64,000 bases of DNA from the human T2T-CHM13v2.0 reference genome, Homo sapiens. Location: assembly GCF_009914755.1 (NCBI RefSeq), contig NC_060930.1. One strand, given 5' to 3'. Shown here piece after piece: positions 32,183-46,409 of the stretch (position 1 is its first letter; each line of letters starts with the position of its first letter). Position numbers and translations under genes: made by a program. The notes below the pieces were generated by a model. It saw only the letters and a program-made list of their open reading frames with translations. It did not search any database and had not been told where the DNA came from.

Positions 32183-35008
32183 AATTTCTCTGACTTCAAC
32201 TTCCAGTGCCTTGCCATCACCTGCTTCTGCAACACCACTAGCAGTAGGTATATCAAAGGACTTTTCAGGTCAGCCTTTGTGGCCTGACACTTTCTGCCAC
32301 TGCTCTGCCCCTCCTTCCATTCATTGAACTCTACCGTCTGATGAATGGTTTTGTAAAGCTTGCACTTGGAAAGCAGTTTTCTGCCAGAACAAGTATACAT
32401 TTTCTGACAAACTGGTTTTTAGAGTTTATGAAGCCAACTGAAGGGTTCTTTGCATTTCAAATCCATACCCTCCCCCTCACCTGCCCTCTACACTTTAGGA
32501 TCGACGCAATATTGTTTGATTGCCACTCACCTACTTCTACTCCTCCTTCACTTTGGTCATCTCCATTTATAGCTGTACTGGCAACCTGCCCAATCTGCTA
32601 TGCCATCTTCTGCCAACATTCCTACATTCATGAGATTTGGAGTACGCAACACAGGAGTAGGAATGGGGAAGGGATCAGACCACTCAGGAAGACAGCTGAA
32701 GAGCTAGAGATGCTGATGGCAAATTATCAACTTATTATTCATAAACATGCCTGGGGGTATCATTTAGATTATAAAAATAAAGGTGTTTTACTACATGAAT
32801 TAGAGTTCTGATCTAAGTTATCTATAGATTTATAACCCTAAAGAACTTCTAAATAAACAGTGATTTAGACATACTGCATATGCTTAAAAATTAAAAGAGA
32901 AACATCGAAGAAAATAAATCTGAAGAAACACTATGATATGAGGAGTTATATGTATACACATATGCTTAGGAGTTGATTACGAGCAATCATATCATCCTAA
33001 ACAAATAGCAATATCTCACTTTAGGTAAGGGAGAATAGGTTTACTTATTTAGTAGAATGTTTATCTAATGTATATGACAAAAGAAAACATTTTTCATGAT
33101 AAATGATTAGTAAAAATGTAACTTAGTTTTATTATTCCCTGTTATTGCAATTTTTTTATTCCACCATGTAAAAACACTGTGGCAAATTTAGGGAGAGAGA
33201 GCTGAACTGCATTAATCATTCCCAAGAATAGGACAAAAAGCCTCACTAACTGTTTCAAAGAGAAAGTTTGATATGCATGTGAAGTTCGAGATGTGATTTC
33301 AGTTTCAAGATCGTTATAAGGAAAATAAAAAGCTTACTCTTGCAAAGTTTATCATTTTACTAGGAATGATATGATGTTCACAGTGCCATACAAAAAAGAA
33401 TCCAATTTCAATCACTTTGGTTCTTCTTAACAGAAACTTTTGCACATATAAGCTTTTTTATACTTTTCTAAACAGATACTTGCAGGTATAATGCAAAGCT
33501 ATTTTCCTGTTCTCATTGAACAACTGTGAAAAACTACTTATTGTAATAAAATCATCTCTACAAAATGTACCTTCGATGCCTTCTTCCCTGACACCTAATG
33601 AACTCGTTTGGTTAATAATAGACAAAAGCTTGGCTTACAGTCTCAAAATTATTCTTCTGACAAGAATTCATTGAACTGAAAATGTGTTTATTTTTATGCA
33701 TGCATATATTATCCTAAAATGGATATGTAAAATGTAGTAATTATTGTTCGTGATAAACATGAGTTAGAGAGTATTCATCCACTCGTCTTTCTGATTCATG
33801 CATACTTATCAGGTATCTCCCAGAAAGTTGCTCCAGAAAAATATGACTACTATCATTACTACTAAGGTGCCTGACTCCTAGGGATCAGACAAAAGTACTC
33901 CAACATTCTCACATTTGAAAGGAATTTATATTTACAGCAATGGAATTCTCAAGACTGCCTAAATTCAAAAAATGTCTTAAATTTGTAAATATGGACACAT
34001 CTGTTATTCTTTGCCCATTTGTATCAGAAATGAATTCATTTGATAAAGGATAGGTAAATGGCTACAAGCCAGGTACACATGTCTACCAGAACATAACCAG
34101 CTAGCTGTGAAAACATAAGCCCTTGCTGGGAAGAAAACATCTTTTCTCAGTCTTTCTCAACCTACTTTACATTACATACATGACTGCACCATGCTGCACA
34201 ACCACAAATAACACCTTCTCCTCCACCTTGCCAAATAACTTGTTTCCATAAATCATATCTCATTATAGCTAAATAAAGCAACTCTAACCCCAAATTAACT
34301 CAGAATAAAAGAACCCTCTGAAGGCAAAGGAAAAAACTAATCTAATAACACATATTTATGTCCATTGAGCTACAAAGATCTTCTCTACCATCTGACGTCT
34401 TTAAAATACTTGGCCCAAAGTACATTCTGTATTGTTCCTATTTCAGCAGAATTCTAGAATGCAAACTTGTTTTCAATGAGAAAAAGTTCCAGTGCTACAA
34501 GATTTTGGTCATAATGCAGACCAAATCCTTATAATAATGTTTAAAGTTATCCATTAAAAGTTGTATTTTCATAATAGCAAAGAAAACAAGAAATACAGTC
34601 CATGTATCACCAAAAAAATGCAATTCAACAATTTCCCATGACTAGTAGCTTGAGCACACAAGCAAACCATTTCCAAGTTAAAAGGGAAAATGTACATTTT
34701 TAAAAGCAAAGGAGCTCATTTGGAATTATTTATAATAGACACTTAATGGCTGTTAGATTTAAAATGTCCAAAATTTATGAAGTTGTGATCTGACATCATG
34801 TTGTTTATTATTTCTCTTCTCAATAGAGCAGGTTGAATTAAAGAGTACAGATCAGCTACTAAAAATGATTTCATGAGCAGATAGCAGTAAAGAAACAGTA
34901 GAAAGGCAGCAAACCATCTTGCTAGGGAATTGTTCTTGGATCTTAGCAAATCATTCTTTGCATGTCTGCTTTATCTGCTGCTCCACAAATACCTTGAGCA
35001 GCTTTAGC

Positions 35009-35173
35009 ATCTTGCTCCTCAAAATGTGGTCCCTCTATAAGCAGCCTGGGTATCCCTGGGGCTTGTTAGAAATGCAGAATCTCAGGCCTCACTCCAGACC
35101 TACTGAGTTGGAATCTGTACTTTAACAAGAAGCTTAGGTGATCTAAAGGCACAAAAAAATTTTAGAAGCACTG
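35009..35173. mobile_element. MER5A hAT-Charlie MITE
   Basis: ctcaaaatgtggtcc..gcttgttagaaatgcagaatctcaggcc..cagacctactga..agaagcactg. Confidence 0.92.
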
Positions 35174-36369
35174 TTTCAGAGTATAACCAAAAAATTGGAG
35201 ACCATTGTTTTTCTTAATTCAGAGCAATGATACATCACGATGATTATTCAGACAAAACACATTTTCAGTAGGTAGTAGAGAAATCCTAGAGAGGCACAAC
35301 ATTTTTTTGTTTAATGCATGGGGTGAAGAAGTCACTGTCCTTATGTCTTATCAGTAATAGCACCAGCATCTCTGTATAGGAGGAGGGATTAGAGAGTTTA
35401 TCTGAAAGAATGTATTTTCTACAAAATTTAGAAAAATCTAATCTCCATACAAAGAATGAAGAAGTGGACCAACGTAGACACCTGGGATATTCTGCCTTGT
35501 AAATACTAAACAAATATTTTTGACACTCTAGAAATTTGCCTTTCATATTTTTTACTGGATAGAAAACGAGTATCTCAGACGAAGGAAACTAATATCAGTG
35601 ATTTCAGTTGGATTCTATATTTATGAAAATTCCCATCTGCAAATTTAAATCACAACACTAAAGACGACAAAAAGAACCTTCATAAAAGTGTTTACAGAGA
35701 AACATGTGACCTGTGACTTTGACTTCACTATTGTATGCATTTTATTAAATTCATATAGCCTTTGTATGTCATCATTGTTTAAGGCTGGCTTACAACCATC
35801 TCAATGCATGCTTTTGAAACCATCTCTTCACTGAGGCCCATAAATAGCAGCCACACATTAGTAATATTAAGTGTTACCATGAACGGCTAGAACTGAACAT
35901 TTTATAAACAAACTGAAACAGAGTTCCAAATATCATTCCCCTTGAATAATGTCATTTAGGGTGGTTTACATGTGTTCTATCTGTGAGTTCTAAAATACCT
36001 ACTGAAGTTTTAAATTCATTAAAACCAATTTAATAGTGATTGGCTGTTAATGTCTTTTTTAAGTAAAATCGTAACATTGCAAAGCATACATAACATTTGA
36101 TCATAATGACTGTAGCAAAAGGTAATTCAATCAATTGTAATGAATCAAGAAAACGGAAAGAAATAATGTATAACTTTTTGAAAACTTGGTTTTACATAAA
36201 ATATAGAAAGAATAGACAATAAAATCACTGAGTTAGGGCAGCTGTCAGATCTCTACCTCATGTGAGATTAAAGGTATCTATATAGAAATCAATAAAATGG
36301 CTCAGCATCCTTCTAAGTGGAAACATGTTCCAGCAGTGTCACATATTGGTTTACATAATGAGCTATAAT

Positions 36370-36440
36370 TAGATAGATAGATAGATAGATAGATAGATAC
36401 ATACATACATACATACATACATACATACATACATACATAC
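36370..36440. repeat. Compound (TAGA)7(TACA)10 tetranucleotide STR
   Basis: Directly visible. Confidence 0.97.
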
Positions 36441-38272
36441 GTAAGTATGGATTTCAGCATGTTTCTTGGTCTTTCTAAAATAATTGTGAAAATGATTCCC
36501 TTTCCTAGTAATGGCAGTCCATGGAAAGTACTCCTGAAAGTAATTCTAGTTTTATGATGCTCAGATTTGGCCATACTACTTGGGATTTAGATGATGCTGA
36601 ATGATTATTGCAGGAGATATGACTGCACATGCAGGCACATGTGTATATGGATGTCTGGAGGCTCATTCTTAGATTGTATTTTTAGAAATGGTGTTGAGAT
36701 TTTATTTGGCATGTTGCTTAAAATATTTTGCAAGATTCTTTTCTAAGTTACCTCTTAATCATCTTAACTGAAGCAAAATCATTTTTCCCTTTCTGAAGAA
36801 ATTTGATTTTTAAAATAGCAAGAGCCACTCAGATCCAAATCTGGTGAATTATATATGTAATCATGAGAGATATTTTTGAACAAAATTAGACTATTTAAAA
36901 AACCATAATTACAAAGATACTCATTTTCTGACAATGCTTACAAACCAATTTCAAGGCCATTCTCAATTTCAAAAATTTATACCAATATTGGAATAAACAT
37001 AATATGACTTATTATGCATATGAAGACATGATGTATACCTTGCACCTTATATTACAGAAAACAATTGATAGTAAATATAGTAATCAGCTTATATGAATAT
37101 TTCCCTCTAAACCAAGTTTGTTCATTTTGAAAATGGTTAAATTCATATCTCTAGTTTCTACCAAAGTTCCTAGCAAATAGTTGGTACTAAATAAATGTGG
37201 ACTGAATAGGTGGACAACTGAAAAAATAAATAATTTTGCAGAATCCACATAATACAGTGGACTATATTATGTATGAATGTAACCAAAATTCTATACTATT
37301 CTGACCTAAAGATAACCTTTATCCATATGATTTCTATAAGAAATCCTGTATTTGTCAAATAGCTGAAATATAATGAATAACAAAAACTTCTCATCTAGAA
37401 ATTATTCTAGCCAAATATTCTAAAAGATGAAAAATAAAAACACATTCAAATATTTATCCAGTCTCTCAGATAAACTGTGATGTCAAAATAAAAATAGATT
37501 ATCTGACCAGAAAACTCAAATCTTCACATGGTTGTGAAGACGAATATACTTCACCCCCACCAAATACACACATAACACATTCTGCATTCTTGTACAATGC
37601 TATCATTTTTCAGAGTACTGTTGAATTCTCAAGAACTGCAACTAATAAGATATTTTAAACTATACATTAACTTAAATTTTTCTGATATTTAATAGGTATA
37701 AAAACACAATACCTAATTTATATGCAGAAACATATATTGAGTAATATGTATACAATAGACATATAATTTATATACAGAGGATTTATATAGTTTAGACCAT
37801 CTATTTGTCTTACAATATGTTGATAGTTTATACTATATATAAATATGAAGTAAACAATCAAATCATATGAAGAGAGTTAAGAAGGAAATAAAGTAGAAAG
37901 AAAATCTCCCCAGAACAAACTGAAATTTAAATTCCTAAGAAGGTGTTATCCCTAAATCAGTAGATTTTGCTCCTATTCGAAATGTTGCAATTGAGGAAAA
38001 CATATCAGTTATCTAATAAAAAGTTTAAAATATGCAAAACTTTAGGGCCCAAAATCTCTAGTCAAATCTTCATGTCTAATCCCATCTTTTATTTGCACAC
38101 TGCATGGAGAGGACTGCCTGTCACACCTGAGTGGCTTTAACAGTATCTACATACCACATGTCAATAAATGTCTCATCTCCAAGGGTAAAAATACCAAATT
38201 TGATTCATTCTACCCCGACAAATTGCTTTAAGAAAAGATGCATGAAAGCTTCTATTTTATAAGTAGTCTAAT

Positions 38273-38278
<6 letters not shown>

Positions 38279-38322
<44 letters not shown>

Positions 38323-38328
38323 TATATG
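38279..38328. repeat. (TA)n microsatellite
   Basis: Directly visible. Confidence 0.97.
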
Positions 38329-39706
38329 AAAAGATTCAACGAATATAGATACTACATGACTCTATATTTTGAAAGGAAGGTGCTAATAGCAATATAACGA
38401 AATTTTCTCAAGGAGTTTCTGTTCACTCAAAGCAAAAGGCCTATTCTGGTAGAAATAATATGAATATTAAAGGGAATTTTAAAATGGCTGTAATTCATGA
38501 TTACAAAAAGCCCAAAGACTCCCTTTAACAGAATATAAGACTCTAGAATCTTGAAGCAAGAGAATAGAATCATAGATACAGTGAAACTATATGCTCCTTC
38601 CAAGGAAGTGTCACATAAGGGCAGTGGAAAAAAATCTGAGTTCAGTTACACCAAGATAAAAAAGAGCTTCACCACCTAAAGACGTCCTTCTTCCAAGACC
38701 ACAAATTCCACAGGTAGATAAAAGAACAGCAGAAATCTTGAGAAAGGGATTTCTCTAATCTTTCCTCAGAGGCTTTGGTGAGAAGGAACTGACTTACAAG
38801 CCCTCAACCTGAAAAAATTGGATGACAATCCAATTTTAAATCGTTTAAATTGTCATCCATCCATAGAAATCCAAAGTTGAATCAGATAGAACTATCTGAT
38901 GTGTGTATCGTCTCCAATTTTCTGTGGTAGGGATTGAGTGTTTGAAAAATACACACCAGACAGGCTGAGTACCAAACTGTAATTTAGAAAGAGTCCCAAA
39001 TATAATGGAGGCAATCCTAAAGATGTTGAGAAAATGTTTACAATTACAGATTGAAGTCCTGCCAAACCACCACAGACAATTTGCTATCATGCTTCAAACA
39101 CTATTAGTGGTCCCAATGGCATTGAGACATAACAATTACGGGAAGTCCGCCTAGGGTAACATGGCACAGGATGAGGTTCTATTTTTTAAAATCTCTGTAA
39201 TATACTGTGGTTTCTAAACTTATATATTCCTGATGAGAACCTAAAGGATCCTTTCACTAGCAATATTTTCCAGGTTTAAAAGCAACCATTTCTACCTTTT
39301 TTGTCTTAAAAAATCTGGACAGTGACCTGAAGCTTAAAAATACATCCAGAATTCAACTGAGTTTCAGTATCTGGCCCAAGTTATCATCATCTCTTGCCAG
39401 TATTATTGAAATAGCCTAGCAGTCTTCAAACATGTTTGCCCACATCCTCCTCTAAACATTTTTAAATCAAGAACTAAAAATTGCATTATGAGTTTAAGTT
39501 GTTGCAAATAATAAATTTTATTTTACATAATCCCATTTAATCTAAATGCCATATTGTTTTAACCCCACCATCTTCCACTTAAAAATATATACATGAATAA
39601 GCATTTTTTTTAACAAGTGGAAATGTTAAAGTAATTCTTTTTCTAATTAAACTTGTAATATATGTATGTATGTACATATCTATTTGAAATTTAGAGTTGT
39701 TCTGTA

Positions 39707-40046
39707 CAGAGTATTAGCCAATAGTCATTAGCCAGTAGCCACGTGTGGCTACTAAGCACTTGAAATGTAACTAGTCCAAATTGAGATGTGCTATAAAGTA
39801 AAATGCACACTAGATTTCAGATTTTCACAATATGAAAATATAATATTTTCTATTTTATAAACTATCTCATTAATGTTATATTGATGGCATGACAATGAAA
39901 TAATATTTTGGTACATTGGATAAAATAAAATTATGTTTTAAAATGAATCTCACCTATTTCTTTTTATTTTCAGCATATATTTAAAATTATATATGTGGTT
40001 TCTATATGCAATTCTATTAAAATTACATTTGTATTGGATAGTGCTG
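39707..40046. mobile_element. MER33 hAT-Charlie element
   Basis: tagccacgtgtggctactaagcacttgaaatgt..tccaaattgagatgtgct; terminal tattggatagtgctg. Confidence 0.88.
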
Positions 40047-41469
40047 TTTCTTCTATTGATCACCTAACAAACTTCTCTGCAATAAAAATGTCTAGAATGT
40101 GATACTTTTCAATTTCCTAGGCCCATAAATCCTAAAATTTTAAAATATATTTTGAATTGTTATCTTTTCCATTATTAGTGAAATATAATTGATGAAAATG
40201 ACATCAAATTTTGGAATACTTTGTAATTACTAAAGGAAAAAATAAGAAACATACCATCTTATTGGACTGGCACACTCTAATAAGATAGATGGGGACTTTT
40301 ACCTCCAATTAGTTGACCTATTCATAGATGAAAACTTATTCATTGTATACATTTTAACAGCAATTCATTTTACACTTATTTTCCTGTATAGATATAAGTA
40401 CTGAGACACTTCACATAAATAAGTTAGAATAGACTTTTTAATATTACAAATTAATTGAACTCTATCCAAGTTTTATAACAAAAATCCATAGTAGTCTCTC
40501 ATAAAAATTATTTTGATAATCAACTACTAACTTAAATAATTTTGTCAAGTAGAAAATACTATTAGTCTTTACCTTTATTTGTCTAGTCATTTAAAGTTAT
40601 TCAATTTTTAAATTTATGAAATATATACCAAAAAAAATTACTGATATTTACTAAACTGCTATTCAGTATACCTACTACTCCTTCACTTACAGACAACTAT
40701 TTCACAAGATACAATTAGAAACAACAAGGAAAAATCAAAATATAATTATTTTCTAAATGTTTTACAAAACAAATTATTAAATAAAATATGTCTTATCACA
40801 GGCTTTGAATGTATTTTTGCTTAAAGCTATAGAGCTGCAGACTTTCCTAATCCAATTTAAGAAAAATGTGAATGGAAATGGGAAAATCAGTTATTATCAA
40901 ACCAGCTGTACACAATTAGAATAGTCTAACTTGATTTTTTTCCACTTAAATAATTGTTTTAATAAAGTTTCTTGTGGAAACAATCTTCAAAAATCTAAAT
41001 TCTCAGATAGATATGTAGGTGAACAGATAAATAAGTGAATGAATAAAACAGACAGCCTTGTTGTAAATCTGTGACATGATAAAACCTCAGTTTGTTTTGC
41101 TCTCAAAGGTATCTCCCACAGGAATGATAGTTTTTCTAGTGACAGAAGGTAGGTGAAAGAAGCGAGAATGTCAAATAAAAATATTTGAAATTGTCCCTTC
41201 ATTTTTCACTCGAAGTTTTTACACCCTGGGAAAATGCATCACAGTAAAATCTAGAATAAAAGAGAAATAAGGCTTTCTTTTGAAAGCGAAAGATGATGTC
41301 AAGTGGAAGATGGGAAGAGTGAGGTACAATGCCTTGACCCCAGATTCATTACCAGGCAGCTAAATGTTTGACAGTTAGTAGATCTGGACATTTATTATTT
41401 TAAAGACTTATGTCCCTGCACATATTTCAAGTAGCCTTGGAATCAAATACACCAGTCTCAACACCACTC

Positions 41470-42098
41470 GATCATCCAACTAATTGTTACCCTGTTTCAA
41501 TCCCTGATTCCTACAGCCTAATCTCAGAATAGTAGAGTGATTCTTTCATTACAAATCAGAATATGACACTCTTCTGCCTAAACCTTCCAGGAGTTTCCCA
41601 ATCTCACCCACAGTAAAAGCCAAGTATCCCTACAGTAGCCTAGAAGGCTCTAAACAGTTTGCCCTCCAACCCCATTATCCCTTTGACATCCTATTCCCAC
41701 CAGACACCCTTGGCTGACTTTGCCCAACCACACTGGCATCTTCACTAGCCCTCAAAACCTCTCATCAGGCTCTCATCTCAAAAAGATGTGTTCTTCAGCT
41801 AAAGTGCTCCTCCCCTTGACCTCCATGACCTACTACCTCACTTCTTTAGGTCTTTATTCAGATAACTTCTCACGAAAGCCTTCCTTGACATTGTTTACCT
41901 GTCCTATCCCTGCTCCCTTCTTCATTTTTTTCCAAAGTACTTATTATTTGACTATATATTTTCTGTCTTATCTGCTTTGTCATCTTCCATAGAACGTAAG
42001 CTCATAAAAATGAGGCTTTTGTCTGTTCCATTGTCTGCCATATCCCTAGAACAATATACAGCATATACGAGACATTCAATAAATATTTGTCAAGTGAA
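41470..42098 (+). mobile_element. L2 3' region
   Basis: C/T-rich L2a-like body ending cattcaataaatatttgtcaagtgaa. Confidence 0.8.
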
Positions 42099-45000
42099 AA
42101 AAATTTATGAACACTTTTATAAGTGAGACAAATTTCTATACACATTAGAGAACAGGGTTGTTTCACTTGTTTAGATTTATTTTATATATATGTGTGAAAT
42201 TTGAGGATTAGGCAGTTCTATGGAATGGACATTAACGTTTATGCTGAATTCATCTGATATTGTATATGTGATCCAAGTGTGTGGATACTACTTGGAAAGT
42301 CACATTATTTGAATATATTCATTTGGTACTGAGCCTAGCAGTGTGCGCATTCTTTTCAAATATTTTTACTAAAATTGATTTTTCTTTGACTTTAAAACAG
42401 TTTCCTTAGATTTATAAAATACGATTAATGGAAACATTAACTTTATCCATAAGAACATATTAATTGATTCTTTTTCATATATTTCATCACAGGTCTGAGA
42501 GAAAAACATACGGCTGCTGCTCCTAAAATAACTGTTCAACATCAAAATTCTGAAGAGAATGTAGCTAGAGTGTTAATCAATAGTAAAAATATACGGTTGA
42601 CAGCACATTGGAATTGGGCACCCTGAACTGCAGCCAATCATGGATGTTATCAATTTTGTTCTTAAAAGCATGTAAGGCAAGTTTGCCAACTGTCACTGCC
42701 AGACTATAACTTTCCCTCTTGTCTTTTGAGTCATTTAAAAATCCTGTTGGATTTCATTTTATTAACAGGTTAACAAATCTATTACAGTCTACTAAGGTAC
42801 TATTGACTAACTTTGAAAAATTATCTACTTTATCTCATGTCAGTTGTGTAACACTTCTTTCCAAATATCAAACACTTAAAATGTTATCAGTCTTGAAGCA
42901 TGCTTTGTATAATTTGATTGCCATTGAACACACCACAGAAATCCACACATCACTTACGTACCTGTTCATTGAACAACAGTTATAGTTTATTCTATGCTAC
43001 TTGTTCTGAAGGGATATGAAAGAGGGGGAAAATTGTATACTTATACTCAAATATCTAAGTTAAGAGAGCACTAACACCACAGAAAATGTATGAAGTAATT
43101 ATGAGTCAACTAATAAACTCAAATGGGACTCATAGGTGAAATTTATTTAAAGAGGCCAAACAAAAATGATTTTTTAAAATCTCAAGATTAATTCCATAAG
43201 TAGTGATATAATTATGTTTAAGAATGATCTCAATCAATATCTTTGGCAGAGAATGAGACAATATTAGTTATCTAAATTATTTCCTAAGTTTATGTTCTAG
43301 AGACAGTGTCCAGAGAGCCACAGATAAAAACCTGGGCAAAGTTAAAGCTAACGGCCTTCAACATTCCTTTTCCCTCAAAGAGTTTTCACATAACACAAGA
43401 TTTTTAAGTGTAGAAGAAATGTGATCTTGGTAAGTGATTCTAAAAAATAAATATTAAATAAAAAAATAGTTTTAGTGTTACCAAAAGACGTAATATTCTC
43501 ATTTCAAAAAAAATATTGACACGAGCCCCTTTCATGTTGAAAGTTAAGGTTTTATTTCTCTAATTTTCCCATAGGGAATAACTCACTCTTAATTAATACA
43601 GAGTTCACAATGGATTTACAAATGAATTATGATTCAGAATTGAAGTTCTAATAAGGTCTTCATGAAATAGTGCAGAAAATCATGGAATTATTTTCTCTTT
43701 TTTGACTACATTCAAATTATGAAAGAGGTTCGATAAAAGTTGTTAAGCATTTTGTTCTTCAAAAAGGTAACAAAGAATAAATATGCTTTTTAAATACTAC
43801 CAGCTTTTTAAAGGCAGTTTTAAAAAATGTAATTAATGCAAAAAATTCTCACCTGAAAATTTTAAGCAGTCTTTTCAAATGAGATTCTTGCCATTTTTTA
43901 TTTTGAAAAGGTCTCTGAAGTCTTAGCTTTTTTCAAAGCAGTTTCATGGCAAACCATATCACATGTTATCAATCTGAACTTAGATATTTGTTTTAAAACA
44001 TTAGTGTTTCAAAGTAGAATATAATTTAGTATTGTTTCACAGTAGAATAAACTATAATACATATTCTATATGAACAAAAGTACAATATTTTTCTGAAACA
44101 TTGTTTTAAGATTATTATAATACATGTTTAAAGACAAATGTAATGAATTTTCAAAGGATACACTATCACAAATATTTTTCTCTAATTACAGTATTCAATA
44201 ATCAATTTATACTTCATGTAGACATAAGACTTGGATAATGTATATAAAATAATTAAAAATATCTTAAACATATTAACTATTGTAGATTTTGAAACTAAAG
44301 ATTAAGTCATATATAATTATATTAATTTTGCTGGATACATGTTATTACATCAATTTTTAAATAAAAATCTTAAAAATTATAACTTTGAATTAAATACTGA
44401 AAAAATTTAAGCTGCTCAAGCATCAAGAGTCCACACCATGTACATTCAACTGAAGGAGAAAAACATGAAGATGATATAAAGCATCATAACCTTATTCACA
44501 CACACTTTAAAGCAAAAATGAGTGAGTTGTAGGCAAGGAATAAAAGATTTTGGATGGAAAATAGGGCTCAATTTTTGTTGTTGCAAAGACTGCTGAACCT
44601 GGTTTATGATTATGTATCTGTGATATCTAGTATGCTGATGGGAACTAAACACTTTAATTACCATTTTTATCTGCATGACAGCAAACATTCAATTATCTGT
44701 AAACTTCTTAATGACTAATTGAATTATATATAAATTATCTTCAGTGTTTAGTGGCTCCAGGATGTAGAGATGGCTTTAATTGAAAATGGCCAACTTTTCT
44801 TGGCAGTCAATTCAGTGAGACAAAACAGAAAACTATCTTAATCAATGCCTTCTTACTCATCTATCTCTCCTAGTAGCCTTTCAACAAGCAACTACGATGA
44901 GTGTTAATCAATTCCCTAAATATGACTGATCTCCAGAGCATTATGACAAATAGCCAACTTAACTTTTGAACAATTCTGCTGGCACTCTTTCTGCAGTCTG

Positions 45001-46312
45001 GGAAGTAGACACACAAAAGCAAACTTACTTGGTGTGTATCCCAATTCAAACACCTTTTCTTAGAGCTAAAAAGGATCTTGGAGATACTTCTGTGTTATAC
45101 CCACCTTTTGAAGAAGGCTGAATAAAGGATGTATTTTCTGAAGCTAAAAATATATCCAGAATGTATTATTAATAAAACATATTTGTAATAATGCAAGTAT
45201 CAGATAAAGCATTCTGTAAAAAATATAATACATATAAGAGTCAGGAAAAAAAGGAAAAGAATGGATCTGTTTTTTCTTCTCTTGAAACCTGCTTTCTACG
45301 AAGCCCCTCACCCAGCAGAACAACAGAGTAAGGGGAATAAAATCAGCCACCAAGTGTAGCTGGGTGTTAGCCAAGGATACTCTCTACATTTGATGACTGT
45401 AAAAATCAGTGGTTGAGGCTTTCTTGGCAAATTTTAGGAAGGAGGTATATTATGAAGTATAAAATGTTAATTTGTTAGAGTTCTTCAAATGCTCTTTAAA
45501 ATAACTACGGTGTATTCCCCGTGGTCATTCGTTGCTTATAAAACTAGTTCCCCTACAGGAAAACTCTTTTCATGCATAACATCATGACACATGGTCCTTT
45601 GAAAGCTATAAAGCCAAGCAATTTTTCTTCTCAAGTTAAATAATACCTTGCTGCTGAATTCTGGCATCCTAAAGGCAAATGGAGCAAATGGAGCTCCACA
45701 AATGGAGCAGCGTGGCGTAAGTGAGAAAGGAGAAGAAGAGGTATTGTTGGTCACAATGTGAGAAACAACCTCAGATCAGCATTTCTTTAACTGAATTTGA
45801 TGGCCAAACATCATGTATTTTTATAATCTGAGTTCACATTAAATTGCTTGACTTCATGGTTTTTTTCTTCCTCTAAGGAATCTAAAATTCATTTTTAAAA
45901 GCACTTTTAATGCTATTAAACTCTGAAAGTAAACTACCCATTTTTATTGTAATTCTCCATTGATGTTTTTTATTTTGCAGATGTTATAGATGAGTTTATC
46001 TTCCATTGGAAAGTGTTTATCTCATTCTTTCATTAGATATCCTCACAAAAATAGAATATTTTTTAGATATCATATGCATAACACTGCAAAAGGGAAACTA
46101 TTATAACTCATTTGCTCTCTTAAACTCAACAGATGACCCTGGTTAGTTTATCACTGAAAACAATCACCTTGCCTACATAGCCCCAACTTCCTTTCCCTTT
46201 ACCTCCATTTTTCTATCTTTAGTTAGACTTTGTTTTCCTTGCTGGATGATACTTTACATTTCTAAGTGGTGTGCTTCCCAATTTCCTTTCCTCATCTCCT
46301 GTCATGTTTGAC

Positions 46313-46409
46313 TTTTTTTTATTATTATACTTTAAGTTTTAGGGTACATGTGCACAATGTGCAGGTTAGTTACATATGTATACATGTGCCATGTTGGTGT
46401 GCTGCACCC
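46313..46409 (-). mobile_element. Young L1 (L1PA3-like) 97-bp 3' fragment
   Basis: ttattatactttaagttttagggtacatgtgcacaatgtgcaggttag..ccatgttggtgtgctgcaccc. Confidence 0.93.

Noticed and set aside
32341-32811. 156-aa ATG ORF
   Set aside because: No recognisable homology or splice structure; composition not convincingly protein-like
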